Source of the DNA: the human T2T-CHM13v2.0 reference genome, Homo sapiens
Length of the DNA stretch: 64,000 nt
Strand: one strand, 5' to 3'
Assembly (NCBI RefSeq): GCF_009914755.1
Contig: NC_060946.1
Both the position numbers and the translations under genes were made by a program. This document shows, in pieces, positions 37,738 to 55,821 of the stretch (within the stretch, counting starts at the first letter, position 1; every line of letters begins with the position of its first letter). Below the pieces are notes generated by a model that did no database searches, was not told the DNA's origin, and worked only from the letters and a program-made list of their open reading frames with translations.

Positions 37738-38943
37738 GTAAGTGTTTACATTTAAAGGTTAGGTGAGATTTTATAGTTTGTTTCAGGTAGTTTTTGAATG
37801 ACAGTGAGTTAGTTCACTTCATCAGCCAGAAACTAGGCAAAAAGCTAGACTATTTAGAAGGAGTAATGGCTCCAGGATTCTTTGTTTTAGGGCTTTAGGG
37901 ATGCAAATGTTGTCTACTTGATTTGAAGTATAACCCCTATGCATGGGATAAACATAAAGTCACAATTTTGGTTTTCCTAATTAGTTATTTGGGTCTCGAA
38001 ATGTCCACTTTAAGCAGAAAACCTGATAGTGTCCCCAGGGGGCTGTCTTCCATACCTTCATTCTTGAATTTTTTAAAAGAAACTGAACCTAAGTCCAAGG
38101 AAGACATTCCTTTTGTACAAGTCAGAAGGATTGGGGGGGAAATGCCCATTCTCTTCATTTTGTTGTTTCCATTGATTCTGTTGCTGCATCGTTGCCATTG
38201 AAACTGCTCCTGCAGTCTGGTAATGATTGACTTTTGTGACCAGGATGCCCTTATTAACACAGATCCCTCAGTCTTCATGGTGTAGACTTTGAAGTTACTA
38301 CATGTTTTTAAAATTCACGTACATATTCTTAGCCATTGTTTCCAAAGTACCAGCACCCTACTCTGGCAGCTAGAACTTTTAGCTTTAGCCACACACATAG
38401 TGAGCAAATTGACCCTTCTCCTCACACCCAAAACCTGATGTGAAACCCACATCTTAGCCTGGGCATGGCCTAGACCTTCATGGTAAGTTATCCTTTGAGT
38501 GGCTTTTTTCTATTTTCTCTAGCCAATATTAGTTGTGGTAGTTTGAAACTGTAAGTCAGGTTGAAATAATGTTACAGGAAGAAATTAGAGATCCATTTTG
38601 TCTTTGTTAACAGATTTATATCCCTGGCCCTTTATATCCTGTGTAGCACCATTTTGTAGGTAGTGGAAAGTCTCACCTTATTCTGTAAAATCCCATGTCA
38701 TCTTTCCCAAGTTGTAGTGGGTTCCAACTTGTGGTTGTCCCCTCAAGTGATTCTTTTTTCCTAAAAGTAAAAATCTCCCATGCTACTTACATCTCTACCT
38801 CGAGATTTTAAAATATTTTCAAATGCTGCATCACCATGAAGCCATTCAATAGACTTCACTAAATCTCAAGTAAGTTGGTTAGATTTAACAGAGCTAAGCC
38901 TCATCCATCACTGATCAGTCTTCACGTATAAAAATAAGGATTT

Positions 38944-39050
38944 GTGCTGGCTTCAGTGGTACATATAGTAAAATTGAAACAACGTTGAGAAGATCAGCAC
39001 GGTCCCCACACAAGGATGACATAGAAATCTGTAAAGTGTTGCATATTTCT
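38944..39050 (+). pseudogene. U6 snRNA retropseudogene (full length, diverged) in intron 5
   Basis: GTGCTGGCTTCAGTGGTACATATAGTAAAATTGAAACAACGTTGAGAAGATCAGCACGGTCCCCACACAAGGATGAC... is colinear with U6. The ACAGAGA box is destroyed. Confidence 0.88.
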
Positions 39051-39642
39051 TGCAGTCCCCAAAAGGACATTTTACTACTTTCTAACTAGCTCCAAGGAAA
39101 TGGTGTGAGTCAAAGCAAAATGGGTGACACCCAGTATTGCAATTGTGATTTTCATACAAAAAATTATTTATGTAAGGTGGTCTATGAAATGAGATGTGGT
39201 AACCCATAGGATCTTGTGTGCAATATTTTGTTAGTAGGGATCTCTGAAATGAGAAAATACCAACTTGCATCTTCTTTGTGGAACTTACAAAAAATGAAGG
39301 TAGGGTTTTGTCTTCCACAGCAGCTGGAAATGAACATAGTGACTAAGCGTCATTCTAACAAAGATTTGTTGGTTCAGAATTTAAGGAGGTAGATTAAGAG
39401 TAGGAGTATTCCAAGCCAGATGCTGACATCTATTAGTTTTCTGCCCTTGGTGTGACTGATGAGCTCAGTAATAGAGTATAATTAGGTTATCTGATTTAAT
39501 GATTTAATATATGTATAAATAAATTTCATTACAAAATATAAAATAGCTTAGATGCTCTGAATTACAAGCCACATAGAATAGAACATCTAATATCCAAAAG
39601 TAGGAATTAATAACAGGAAATTGCAATATTTGAATATTATAA

Positions 39643-39825
<183 letters not shown>

Positions 39826-40308
39826 TAAAATAGTTTCAGCAATAATGTTCAAGAACAAATTATTTTTTTGCTTCACTTTTTATTTTAAGCATTTTTAAAA
39901 TGTTATCTTGTTAAATCTTTATAATAACATAGTGAAATAAGGCCCTAAAATCCTCATCGTTAGAAGACATTGAGTCTAAGAGAAGCAACTTGTTCAAGAA
40001 AAAATACCTGTTGGTAGCCATGCTAGGACTTATTCTGAGGTAAGGATATTTTCCATATATCAAGCTACCTCTGGTTAATTTACTGAGTTATACTGCCCTC
40101 ACTTCATGAGTGTTTTATCTTTCTTTCTTCTTTAATTAGAAGCTTAATAAGTTCATAGAGCTTACAAACTTAAAGACTATGGAAAAAGTAATGTTCTGAT
40201 GTTAGCTCTAATGTTGTCTGAAATACCCTAAGAACTTAATAAATTTGGTAAATGTTTTTTATATCAATGTTAAAATAGTAATTTTATTTATTTCATTTTT
40301 ATACAAGG

Positions 40309-40373
40309 CATTCATCAACAACTTTTGGAATACAAACAAAAGATATCTAAAAATTCTCAAAATAACAATCCAG
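40309..40373 (+). pseudogene. ANKRD30B-like exon 6 (65 nt), acceptor displaced by 1 nt
   Basis: Encodes IHQQLLEYKQKISKNSQNNNP; donor CAG|gtaaga. The in-phase acceptor position reads GG and the nearest AG is at 40306-40307. Confidence 0.88.
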
Positions 40374-41178
40374 GTAAGACATCTGATAGTAAACTACTCT
40401 TGGTGGTGCTACCATGAGATTATAGGAGTGTTGATCACAAAAGAGCTATTAAAAAAGCAATGTGTAAGTAGCATGTGTTTACATATATATCTATATGTAA
40501 GTGTTTTTATATATACATAGCTTTGATTTAATTTTTTAGTTTATAATTCAGAATTCATTAAGAATTTAGTTGTAGGTGGTTTATAATCTCAAAAATATTA
40601 TCTGAAAAGATATTTGTTTAATTGTGGTCCCTAATATCCTATATAATACTTTTGTATAAATAAGTAAAACAATTTTTAAGTTTATATATTGTATGTTTTC
40701 TCAACTGTCATAACAATTTATGCTTGTTATAAAATGTAGAATCCTTGGTGTGATTGATGAACTCAGTAATAGGGGATTATCAGCTTATCAAATTTAATGA
40801 ATTAATATATTTATAAATAAACTTTATTACAAATTATAAAATAGCTTAGATGCCTTGAATTACAAGCCACAAATAATAGAACATCTAATAATGAAAAGTA
40901 GGAATTAATAACAGAAAACTGCAACATTTGAATATTATAAACTATAAAGGAACACAGTTAAATAAACTGTTAAATAAACAAATATTTATGTTTGTTTATT
41001 AAACATAAACAAACATATAAAATGTTTATTTGTTAAATAAAAAAATAATTTATTTTTTTGTTTGTTTCTTTATTGTAGAGACAAGGTCTCCTTATGTTGC
41101 CCAGGATGGTCTTGAACTTCGGGGATTTATTTAATTTTTACAATAAATGATTTGCATTTAGAAAATTAGAATTAATTA

Positions 41179-41623
41179 CAGTTGAGTCTTGAGCAAGATG
41201 AGAATTAGGGTGCTCATCCCCCCATGCAACTGAAAATCTGCTTTATATGAAAATCGGTTTCTTTTGACTCCTCCAAAACTCTACTAATTGTCTACTGTTG
41301 ACCTGGAGCCTGAAAAAAGGTGAAAGCAGAAGCAGTCAATTAACCCATAATTTCTATTTTATATGTACTATATACTGTATTCTTAGAATAAAGTGAGCTG
41401 GAGAAAAGAAACTGTTATAAAGAGGAAGAAATATGTTCACTATTTATAAGATGGAAGTGAATTATACATAAAGGACTTCATTCTCATTGCCTTCACATTG
41501 AGTAGGCTGATAAGGAGGAGGCAGAGGAGAGATTTGTCTTGGTATCTTGCAGTGGCAAAGGAAAAGAAAAATCTGTCTATTAGTGGGCTCCTAGAGTGAA
41601 AACCCTTATTCAAAGATCAACTG
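41179..41623. mobile_element. Tigger2a/MER28-type non-autonomous DNA transposon
   Basis: Terminal inverted repeats CAGTTGAGTCTTGA and TCAAAGATCAACTG, preceded by TA; ~445 bp. Confidence 0.75.
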
Positions 41624-42759
41624 TGTGGCATAGTGACTTGTGTCACTAAAAAAGTAACTCTCTTTAGAATTTGGAACTCAATAATACTTTTCTTGAACCA
41701 TAAATGAATGTCAATAAGAATTAACATAACTTAACGAGGGTGCATCAGTACCAATAGGAGATTATTTTTCAAAGATACCTACCGAGTGCAGAAGTCAGAA
41801 AAGCAATTCTTTGTTGAGAAGTGCAGGTTATGTTACATAGTCTTGTACCAACAAGGTCTCACTATTATCTACTTCATTCCCTCTAAGTTGAAACCAAATA
41901 AGATATATTTACTTCATTAGAACAAGATATGTTGTTCTATCTGCTGGATAATTAGTGTGTTAATAGTAATTTTGTTACAACAAGTTACTCTGTTCCTACT
42001 AGCCAAAATATTATCATTATAAATATCCAACTAGCTCAATTCTAGGCTCAACAAATTATAATAAAAGTGGAAAAAGTTTTCACAATAACAAAAGTGCTAC
42101 TGTGATACCTAAATGTGACACAATACATTGTACAATATGAACTGTATTAGCACTTCTTTAATTTATTACATATTTATCAAAGGACTTCTATAAGTTAGAT
42201 TTTGCAAGTTGCAGGAGACCAAGATGGAATACACATAGTCTGGGTCTTTAAGGTGCTCATAATACATTAGAGCTGTCTCTATTGAATTTCTGCATTTTTC
42301 CAACAGAATTTCCTAACTATGTTTTTTATTTGTTTATCCACTTGTCCACTTAACAAATAACTGTCAGGTATCTTTAGGGTACTAAGCATCTTTCTTGTTA
42401 TTATCATTGTCATTTTTAATTATTTACTACTTTATTAAGGTACTAAGCATTTTTCTTGTTATTATCATCTTTTTTATTATTTACTACTTTATTTAGTGCT
42501 TACTCTGTGCCAGAACCCCTTTGGGAGCTTATAATTATCACTTATTATGTCATTACCATATTCAGTATGTGTCAGACATTTTATATCCAACGTGAAGAAT
42601 TAAAGCTTTAAAAAGTTTGATAGTGTCCAGGAGCGGTGGCTCACTCCTGTAATCCTAGCACTTTGGAAGACCAAGGCAGACAGATTGCTTGAGCTCAGGG
42701 GTTTGGGACCACCCTGCCTAACATGGTGAAATCCCACCTCAACTAAATACAAAAAATTA

Positions 42760-43026
<267 letters not shown>

Positions 43027-43050
43027 TTAACCAGACTGTGTGTTTGGCAG

Positions 43051-43148
43051 AAGGAACATCTGAAGGAACACCTGACGAGGCTGCACCCTTGGCAGAAAGA
43101 ACACCTGACATGGCTGAAAGCTTGGTGGAAAGAACACCTGACGAATAG
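43051..43148 (+). pseudogene. ANKRD30B-like exon 7, 5' part, ending in an LTR-derived TAG
   Basis: tttggcag|AAG...; encodes (E)GTSEGTPDEAAPLAERTPDMAESLVERTPDE*; the TAG at 43146-43148 is the start of the LTR. Confidence 0.92.
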
Positions 43149-43743
43149 GATACAGTGAATTCATCTTCAAAGATTTTAGCCTGTAAAAATCCTTTAAAAT
43201 TCAAGAGGGGGAAGATTAAGTACAGTGAGTTCTGAGTTCCTCATCAAAAAAAAAATATGTCAGTATGTCCAGCTTCTCTGTTCTTTTTTCTCCGTTTTAA
43301 AGTTTAACTTCCTCGTTCGTTATGCCTCCTTGCCCCTAGTTTCATTAAACAACCCCCTCCTAGCCTCTAACCCCTGCTTTGTCTTTAGTCATTCTTAGTC
43401 ACCTGCTCTGTCCTTAGTCATCCTTAGACACCTGCTCTGTAACTGGCTTTCCCGCTGAAACTACTCACCCTGCCACTCCAGCTTATACCCCTACTCTCTT
43501 TGAAATAGCCAATCTGAATTAGCTTAGAGTGTGCAGTCCAACCCTATCCAATAGGGAAAAGACACAACAGTAGGGACTAGCTGTGTTAGGAATAAGAACA
43601 CTTTCCCCTCCCTTGTCCGGTGTGATCTTGCCATTGCTCCATCTGCAAGACCACTCTTCCATAGAAGTAATTTTGCCTTGCTGTAAAAACTTGTGGCTGG
43701 AGTGCTGACTGTTCTTTGTGGCACCAAAAATTTATTTTCCACA
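43146..43743 (+). mobile_element. 5' LTR (LTR10-like)
   Basis: Colinear with 55216-55821; ends ...ttccaCA; lacks the terminal TG seen on the 3' LTR; contains TTAGTCA repeats. Confidence 0.88.
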
Positions 43744-43747
43744 AATT

Positions 43748-43765
43748 TGGGGGCCCACCCAGCAT
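43748..43765 (+). promoter_or_regulatory. Degenerate tRNA-Pro primer binding site
   Basis: TGGGGGCCCACCCAGCAT just after the LTR; 13/18 match to the Pro PBS TGGGGGCTCGTCCGGGAT. Confidence 0.7.
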
Positions 43766-45211
43766 TCCCATTCTCCTCTGGGGGAGGGTCCAGTCCTCTC
43801 CCATGAGGAGGCGCACCCCGCTGCCTTGTTGCAGTGGCCATAAAGGTAAGGAATCAAGACTCAACTGGTGCGATTAATAAACCTGGGCTCTCAGCAACGT
43901 GGAAAGAAACAGGCCAGCATCTTTGGGGAAAGGATCTTCACATGCCGTGGTGACCAGGTAACTGTGCATAGACTGAGGTAAGAAATGTCACAGGGGTGAC
44001 AAAGTATTTCCTTGGTGGTCGGGATATTCTGGAGGTTGAAAGTGTGTGTGAATGATCACAAGCACTACTGCTTGTGGTGCTGTTTGTGTGGATGATACTA
44101 AGCATTACTGCTGTGAGGAGTGAGTGGGTCCTATCTGCGGTTTTTTATTTGAATAAAAAACCTTTGAAGAGGAATTCACTGTATCCTCACAGGGCTCAGG
44201 GCAGATCCTGCTGTGGGTTTTATACCATGGTGCCAATGCTAAGAGGGACCTAAAATTCCTGGGAGGGAAGCAACCAGAGTGGATGAAGCAAAAGAAGGGG
44301 GCAAGGAGCCTCCAGTAGGTGGGGTTAAAAGATAGGGAAGAAATCTCTAGCATGTGGGATTGAGCCTAACCAGGACCTAACATGGGAAAAGCCCCAAGTA
44401 AGACAGGGAGCAAAAAAGAAGAGGATAGTAACAAAGACATGCCCCCTGATAGTCCCCTGGGTCTCATGTTAAAATATTGGAAGGATAATGAGAGGAGTAA
44501 ACATAAGAAAAAGCATCAGAAGATAAAATATTGCTGTTTCATTTGGACCCAATGTCCCATTTTCAAACCCTCAATCTTCTGGCCAAAGTTTGGGTCGAAT
44601 GAGGATGTAATGTGTCAACTTCTAATTCAATATGTTAATGATAAAAATCTGGTTTCTCAAGAAGAACTAGACTATGCTCTTTGTTGGAGACAGGGACCTG
44701 TCTTTATTCCCTTAAAGACAACTAGGGAAGAACCCGATCCAGCATCTCAAATTGAAAAGTCAGACGAGCTGACTCCCACACCTAAAGCCAGCACATGGGA
44801 TCCCCTATACCATTTTGCCCTGCTCAGTGCCTCTGACCCTTCCCCTTGGGCAGCTGCTGCCACCCCAGATCCCACCCCAGATCCTTCTCCTGCTCATGAT
44901 GTTCCTCCTCCTTACAACTCTAATTCTTGGGAGTTATCATCCCATGAGCCTGTCCCCTGTCAACCTAAATACCTCTCCTTAAAGGGACTCCAGCATGAGG
45001 TACAGCAATGTAAATAGGACATTCAGAACTTCCCTTTTCTCTCCACACCTAAGGAGTCAGCCCCAACTCTCTTCCCCTTAAAAGACATGCCACAAGGAGG
45101 AGGAGCCATTGTATTTGTGAAGGCTCCCTTGACCAGTTCAGAAGCCTGAAGTTTGAAAAAGGAAATTAAGCCATTGTTAGACGAACCTTATGAGGTAGCA
45201 AATCAGGTTGA

Positions 45212-49972
<4,761 letters not shown>

Positions 49973-50420
49973 AACGTTGTCCAGATATTTCAAAAAAGTT
50001 ACAAAAATTAGAAGATTGGGAAAACTGACCTCAAGTGAACTTCTCAGAGAGATTCAAAAAGTATCTGTGAAGAGAGACGAAGAAAAGCAAAAACAAAAGA
50101 CAAAACTTATGTTATTCACCTTCCAACAGATGGCTCCAAATCCATGTACCCCTAAACAGAGCTTCCAGTGGGCCAGAAACTATAAAGGTTCCAAACCCTC
50201 CTTTAAAGGACCCAAGCCTCCATTGGGAGGATCAAGGCTCTCGTCTACCAGGCCATCTAAATAGTATAGGGGAGTAAAATCAAAGAATCCCAGAACTGAG
50301 AGTGGGGAAGGGCAAGGTAGGCACTAAAAATGTGGAAGAACAGGCCACTTCAAGAGAGAATGTCCCAAATTAGAAAAGGAAAAAGAGGCCCTTCCACTCA
50401 TGGCTTTTGAGGAAGAATAA

Positions 50421-53293
50421 TGGGGTCAGGGGTTCTGTCTCTTTTATCTTGAGTCCCACCAGGAGCCCTTGATAAGTCTAGAAGTGGGACCTAAGCATGA
50501 TTTTATAACATTTTTAGTCAATTCAGGAGTGGCTCGATCCTCTGTTTGTTTTCCCCCCATCTAATATTGCCTACTCTTCAGGGGAACTTTTGGTTTGTGG
50601 GGTAAATGGAGAAGGATTTAAAGCAAAAATTTTAGAAAACACAGAAGTCAGATACCAGGCTCAATCAGCTCATATTCAGTTTTTGCTAATCCCTAAAGCA
50701 GGGACTAATTTACTAGGGAGGGATTTAATGTTGAAGTTAGGCATAAGCCTGCAACTCGGCCCAAGAGGTTTCCTCACCTCATTAAAGCTACTCACCACTG
50801 CAGATGACAAATATATTAATCCTAATGTCTGATCCAAAGAAGGAAACTGAGGGAACCTCTGAGTCCCTCCAACCACATCAAGCTAAAAATCCCCAAGGAA
50901 GTAGTAAGGAGGAAACAATACCTCATTCCCCTAGAGGGCAGGATAGGTTTGAAACCTATAATTGAAAGTCTTATTAAAAATGGGCTTCTTGAGCCCTCTA
51001 TGTCCCCTTAAAACACCTCAACATTGCCAGTCAAGAAATCAGATGGGTCATACCGGCTGGTACAGGACTTTAGGGCTATTAACCAAATAGTCCAATCTAC
51101 CCACCCCATTGTCCTCGATCCTTACACAATTCTCAGCAAGATTCCATATAATAATCAATGGTTTACTGTAATAGATTTGAAGGATGCTTTTTGGGCATGT
51201 CTCCTGGCAGAAGATAGGCAAGATATATTTACTTTTGAGTGGGAGGATCCCCATTCAGGGTAGAAACAACACTATCGATGGATAGTCTTACCCCAAGGGT
51301 TCACAGACTCCCCTAACCTTTTCAGTCAAATTTTAGAACAAGTATTAGAAAAAGTTATCATCCCAAACAAATATGCCTGCTCCAATATGTTGATGATATT
51401 CTTATATCTGGTGAAGATATAGAGAAGGTAGCTGGCTTCTCTACACATATTCTCAACCATCTGCAGTTCGAGGAGTTATGAGTCTCGAAGAAAAAAGCTT
51501 CAGTATGTAGAACCTGAAATTAAATATTTAGACCAGTTGATAAGTGCAGAGAAGTGAAGAATAGGGCCTGAATGAGTTGAGGGAATCGTGTCCCTACCCT
51601 TGCCTCAAACTTAAACAAGAACTCAGGAAATTTTTAGGGTTAGTTGGATACTGCTGCTTATGGATTAACTCACATGCACTAAACAGTAAACTTCTATATC
51701 CAAAATTTGCCGAGGGGAAGACTGACGACCTGCTGTGGACCTCTGAAGAAGTCGATCAGGTTGAAGAGCAGATAAAAAGGCTTATAACAGCCCCTGTCTT
51801 AGCCTTACCTTCCCTAGAAAAGCCATTCCACCTTTTTGTCAACGTGGATAATGGGGTAGCATTAGCAGTGCTCACTTAAGAACACGGAGGCCATCAGCAG
51901 CCCATCGTGGCCTTCCTGTCAAAAGCCTTAGATTCAGTTACTAGTGGGTGGCCTCAATGTATCCAATCCATTGTGACTACAGCACTAATGGTCAAAGAAA
52001 TCAGGAAGTTAACCTTTGGAGGAAAATTGACAGTGAGAAAGCCCCATCAAGTTAGAAATATCTTAAATCAGAAAGCAGGGAGGTGGCTTACTGACTCAAG
52101 AATCTTAAAGTATGAGACTATTCTGTTAGAAAAAGATGATTTAACATTAACCACTGATAATTCTCTTAACGCAGCAGTTTTTCTAATAGGGGATCCAAAT
52201 CTAAAGAGATAGCACACATGTTTAGATTTAACTGATTACCATACAAAGGTCTGACAAGACCTAGGATAAACTCCCTTCAGGATGGGATGACACTTAATTA
52301 TAGATGGCTCCTCCCAGGTGATTGAGGCAAAAAGATGCAACAGGGAATTCAGTAATTGATGGAGAAACTCTTGAAGAAATTGAGGCAGGAAAATTGTCTA
52401 ATAATTGGACTGCCCAAACTTGTGAGCTGTTTGCACTCAGCCGAGCCTTAAAGTACTTGCAGAACTAGGAAGGAGCCATCTATACCAATTCTAAGTACGC
52501 CTTTGGAGTGGCTCATAGATTCGGAAAAATTTGGACTGAACGAGGTCTCATTAATAGTAAACGTCAAGATCTTGTTCATAAGGAGCTATTCACCCAAGTA
52601 TTGAATAACCTTCAGTTGCCAGAAGAAATAGTGACTGTCCATGTCCCCAGACACCAGAAAAGTCTTTCTTTTGACAGTCTAGGAAATAACCTAGCAGATT
52701 ACATAGGCAAACAGGCTGCCATTTCTTTTAAAACATCTATTTTTCACTGAACTCTTTACCTTCCTCCTCCTGACATAATCTCCATTTTCTCCTCCACGGA
52801 AAAGAGAAACTAATAAAAATAGGTGCTAAGGAGAATTCAAAAGAAAAGTGGATACTGCCAGAGCAGAGGGAAATGTTGTCCAAACCCCTTATGAGGGAAA
52901 ACTTGTCCCAACTTCATCAAGGGACCCACTGGGGTCCCAAGCCATGTGTGACAGAGTTCTGAAAGTTTTTGGGTGTATAGGGATTTATACTCTGGCCAAA
53001 CAGGTTACAGACAGTGGCATAGTGTGTAAGAAAACTAATAAACAAACTATAAAAAGATTACCCCTTGGTAGAAGGAGTCCAGACTTAAAGTATCCAGATT
53101 GATTACACAGAGATGCCTTCAATAGGTCGTCTAAAATATTTACTAGTGACAGTAGATCACCTTACTCACTGGGTCAAAGCTATTCCCTTTTCAAATGTGA
53201 TGGCCAATAATGTAGTTAAGGCCTTAATTGAAAATATAGTGCCCAGGTTTAGGCTAATAGAAAACATTGACTTAGACAATGGAACCCATTTTG
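50421..53293 (+). pseudogene. ERV pro-pol remnant (protease, RT, RNase H, truncated integrase)
   Basis: NLLGRD (protease); YRLVQDFRAIN, IDLKDAFW, LPQGF and YVDD at ~51386 (RT); VHVPRHQ...GNNLAD (RNase H); YLLVTVDHLTHWVKA...DNGTHF (integrase). Confidence 0.9.
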
Positions 53294-55172
53294 CCTGAAA
53301 CTATTACATTTGATGCTTGCCTTGTTATACCTTGTGGAGCCTTGTCAGGCCAAAGACAGCTCTCCACTTCAGAAAAGTACCTCTGTACTTCCCGGCTGTC
53401 CTCAGACTGGACATTAGTGAATTTGGATCATTTAGTCTGGGAAAGTTTCAATGAAGACCCCAGTGTCAACTGGGAGTCTTGCCCCCTTTACACAAAGCTT
53501 TTATGACGTAGTTGGTCCAACTATGTGCAAGTGAGAGCAAGGATGGACTGCCCCAACCAGTAGTTGTAATTCCTAAAACCATACATTCATTTTACTAAAG
53601 ATATAGCTCCCCCTAACTTTCAGGTAAACTAGTGTAACTCAATACAGCTTATTATTTCAAACTCTCAAAGTTCTTCCCCTTCTCTAAGTCACTTCCCTTC
53701 TTTAAGCTGGTTTTATGATATGGGGGCTGAGTTTTCAGAAATAGACCCTATTGGATCTTTGAAATATGCTTCATTGCTCCCCTACTGTCTACAGCTTCCC
53801 CTAAGTCTTCTTCCAAAAACTCTCACAATGAAACTGTTGTTCCTCCTCCATCTAATGACAAGACCAAGGTAGCTATTGTAGAAGTTAAAGATCTAAAACA
53901 AACTTTGGCAACTGAGACAGGATATCAAGATGCGAATGCCTGGTTGGAATGGATCAAATACTCCATTCACACTTTAAACAAAAGCAATTGTTATGCTTGT
54001 GCACACGGCAGACCAGAGGCCCAGATTGTCCCCTTTCCACTAGGATGGTCCTTCAGTCGACCAGGCATGGGCTGTATGGTAGCTCTTTTCCAGGGTTCCA
54101 CAGCCTGGGATAACAAGTCATGTCAATCTCTCTCTCTGCTATATCCCAAAGTTCAACACCCTGCAGGTCAGCCCCCAAGGGCCAACCAGCTTCCGTCTCC
54201 CAACACTAAGTTCACTTCATGTCTCTCACAACAAGGAGGAAACTTAGCTTTGCTTGGAGACCTAAAAGGATGCAGTAAGCTTAAGACTTTCCAAGAGCTT
54301 ACCAATCAGTCAGCCCTTATACACCCCTGAGCAGATTTATGGTGCTATTGTGGTGGACCTTTACAGGACACTCTGCCAAGTAACTGGAGCAGCGCTCTTG
54401 CTCTAGTCTAGTTGGCTATACTTTTCACTCTGGCATTTCATCAACCAGAAAAAGGGAAACCACAACATCGTAAAGCAAGGGAAGTCCTTTATGTGTCTTT
54501 TGACTCCCACGTTTATTTAGATGCTATTGGAATCCCATGAGGAGTACCAGATACATTTAAGCCCAAGATCAAATAGCTACCGGATTTGAATCGATATTTT
54601 GGTGGGTGACAATAAAAACGTAGATTGGATAAATTACATCTATAATAATCAACAGTGGTTTGTTAATTACAGCAGGGATGTTGTCAAGGGAATAGCAGAA
54701 CAATTGAGGCCCACTAGCCAGATGGCCTGGGAAAACAGAATGGCCCTAGATACGATATTAGCTGAAAAAGTGGTGTTTGTGTTACGATTAAAACTCAGTG
54801 TTGTACCTTTATCCATTGGGGGCAAACAACACTGCCCCCAATGGGAGCATAACAAGGGCCCTACAAGGATTTACTACTTTATCCAATGAATTAGCTAAAA
54901 ATTCTGGAGTCAATAACCCTTTCTCAAGATGGCTAGAAAGGTGGTTCAGTAAATGGAAAGAAATCATAGTCCCAATTCTTACTTCTCTTACAGCAGTAAC
55001 GGGTGTACTCATTCTTGTTGGGTGTTGTGTCATACCATGCATCCATGGGCTAGTGCAAAGGCTTATAGAAACAACACTTTCTAAAACCTCCCTTAGCTGT
55101 CCGCCACCTTATTCAGATAGGCTTTTCCTTTTAGAGGATCAAGTTGAAAAAAAAAAAGCCAAGACATGTTAA
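53294..55172 (+). pseudogene. ERV env remnant (SU-TM), N-terminus deleted
   Basis: TETGYQDANAWLEWIKYS...CYAC; WENRMALDTILAEK immunosuppressive-domain-like motif; hydrophobic TM anchor; PPPY tail. Confidence 0.85.
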
Positions 55173-55215
55173 AAAGGTTTGAAGAGGAAGGGCTACAAAA
55201 ATTGAAAGAGGCAAT

Positions 55216-55821
55216 TGTAGAATACAGTGAATTACTCTTCAAAGGTTTTAACCTGTTAACGTCCTTTAAAATTCAAGAGAGGGAAGATTGTTAAGTACAG
55301 TGAGTTCTCAGTTCCTCTTCAAAGAGCCAATAAGTCAATATGTTCAGCTTCTCTGTTCTTTGTTCTCCATTTTAAAGTTTAACTTCCTCATTCTTTATGC
55401 CTCCTTGCCCCTAGTTTCAGTAAACGACCTCCTCCTAGTCCCTATCACCTACTCTGTCCTTAGTCATTCTTAGTCACTTGCTCTGTCCTTAGTCATCTTT
55501 AGTCACCTGCTCTGTAACCATCCTTCCTGAGGAAACTACCCACCCTGCCACTCTGGCTTGCACCCCGTCCTCTTTGAAGTAGCCGGTCAAAATTAGCTTA
55601 TAGTGTGCGGTCCAACTCTAGCCAATAGGGGAAAGATACAGCAGTAGGGACTATCTGCATTAGGAATAAGAACCCTTTCCCTTCCCTTATCCAGTGTGCT
55701 CTTGCCATTGCTCCATCCTCAAGACTCACCCTTCTATAGAAGTAAATTTGCCTTGCTGGAGTGTTAACTTGTTACTGGAGTGCTAACTCTTCTTTGTGGC
55801 ACCAAAAAGTTATTTCCAACA
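55216..55821 (+). mobile_element. 3' LTR (LTR10-like)
   Basis: Starts TGTAGAATACAG after a purine tract; ends ...ttccaaCA, followed by the CGAA TSD. Confidence 0.9.

Noticed and set aside
38944-39050. Functional U6 snRNA gene
   Set aside because: Many substitutions including the ACAGAGA box, and no evident upstream U6 promoter; it is a retrocopy.
43141-43145. 5-bp TSD ACGAA for the provirus
   Set aside because: The matching A at 55821 is the last base of the LTR terminal CA; a 4-bp CGAA fits ERV1 integration.
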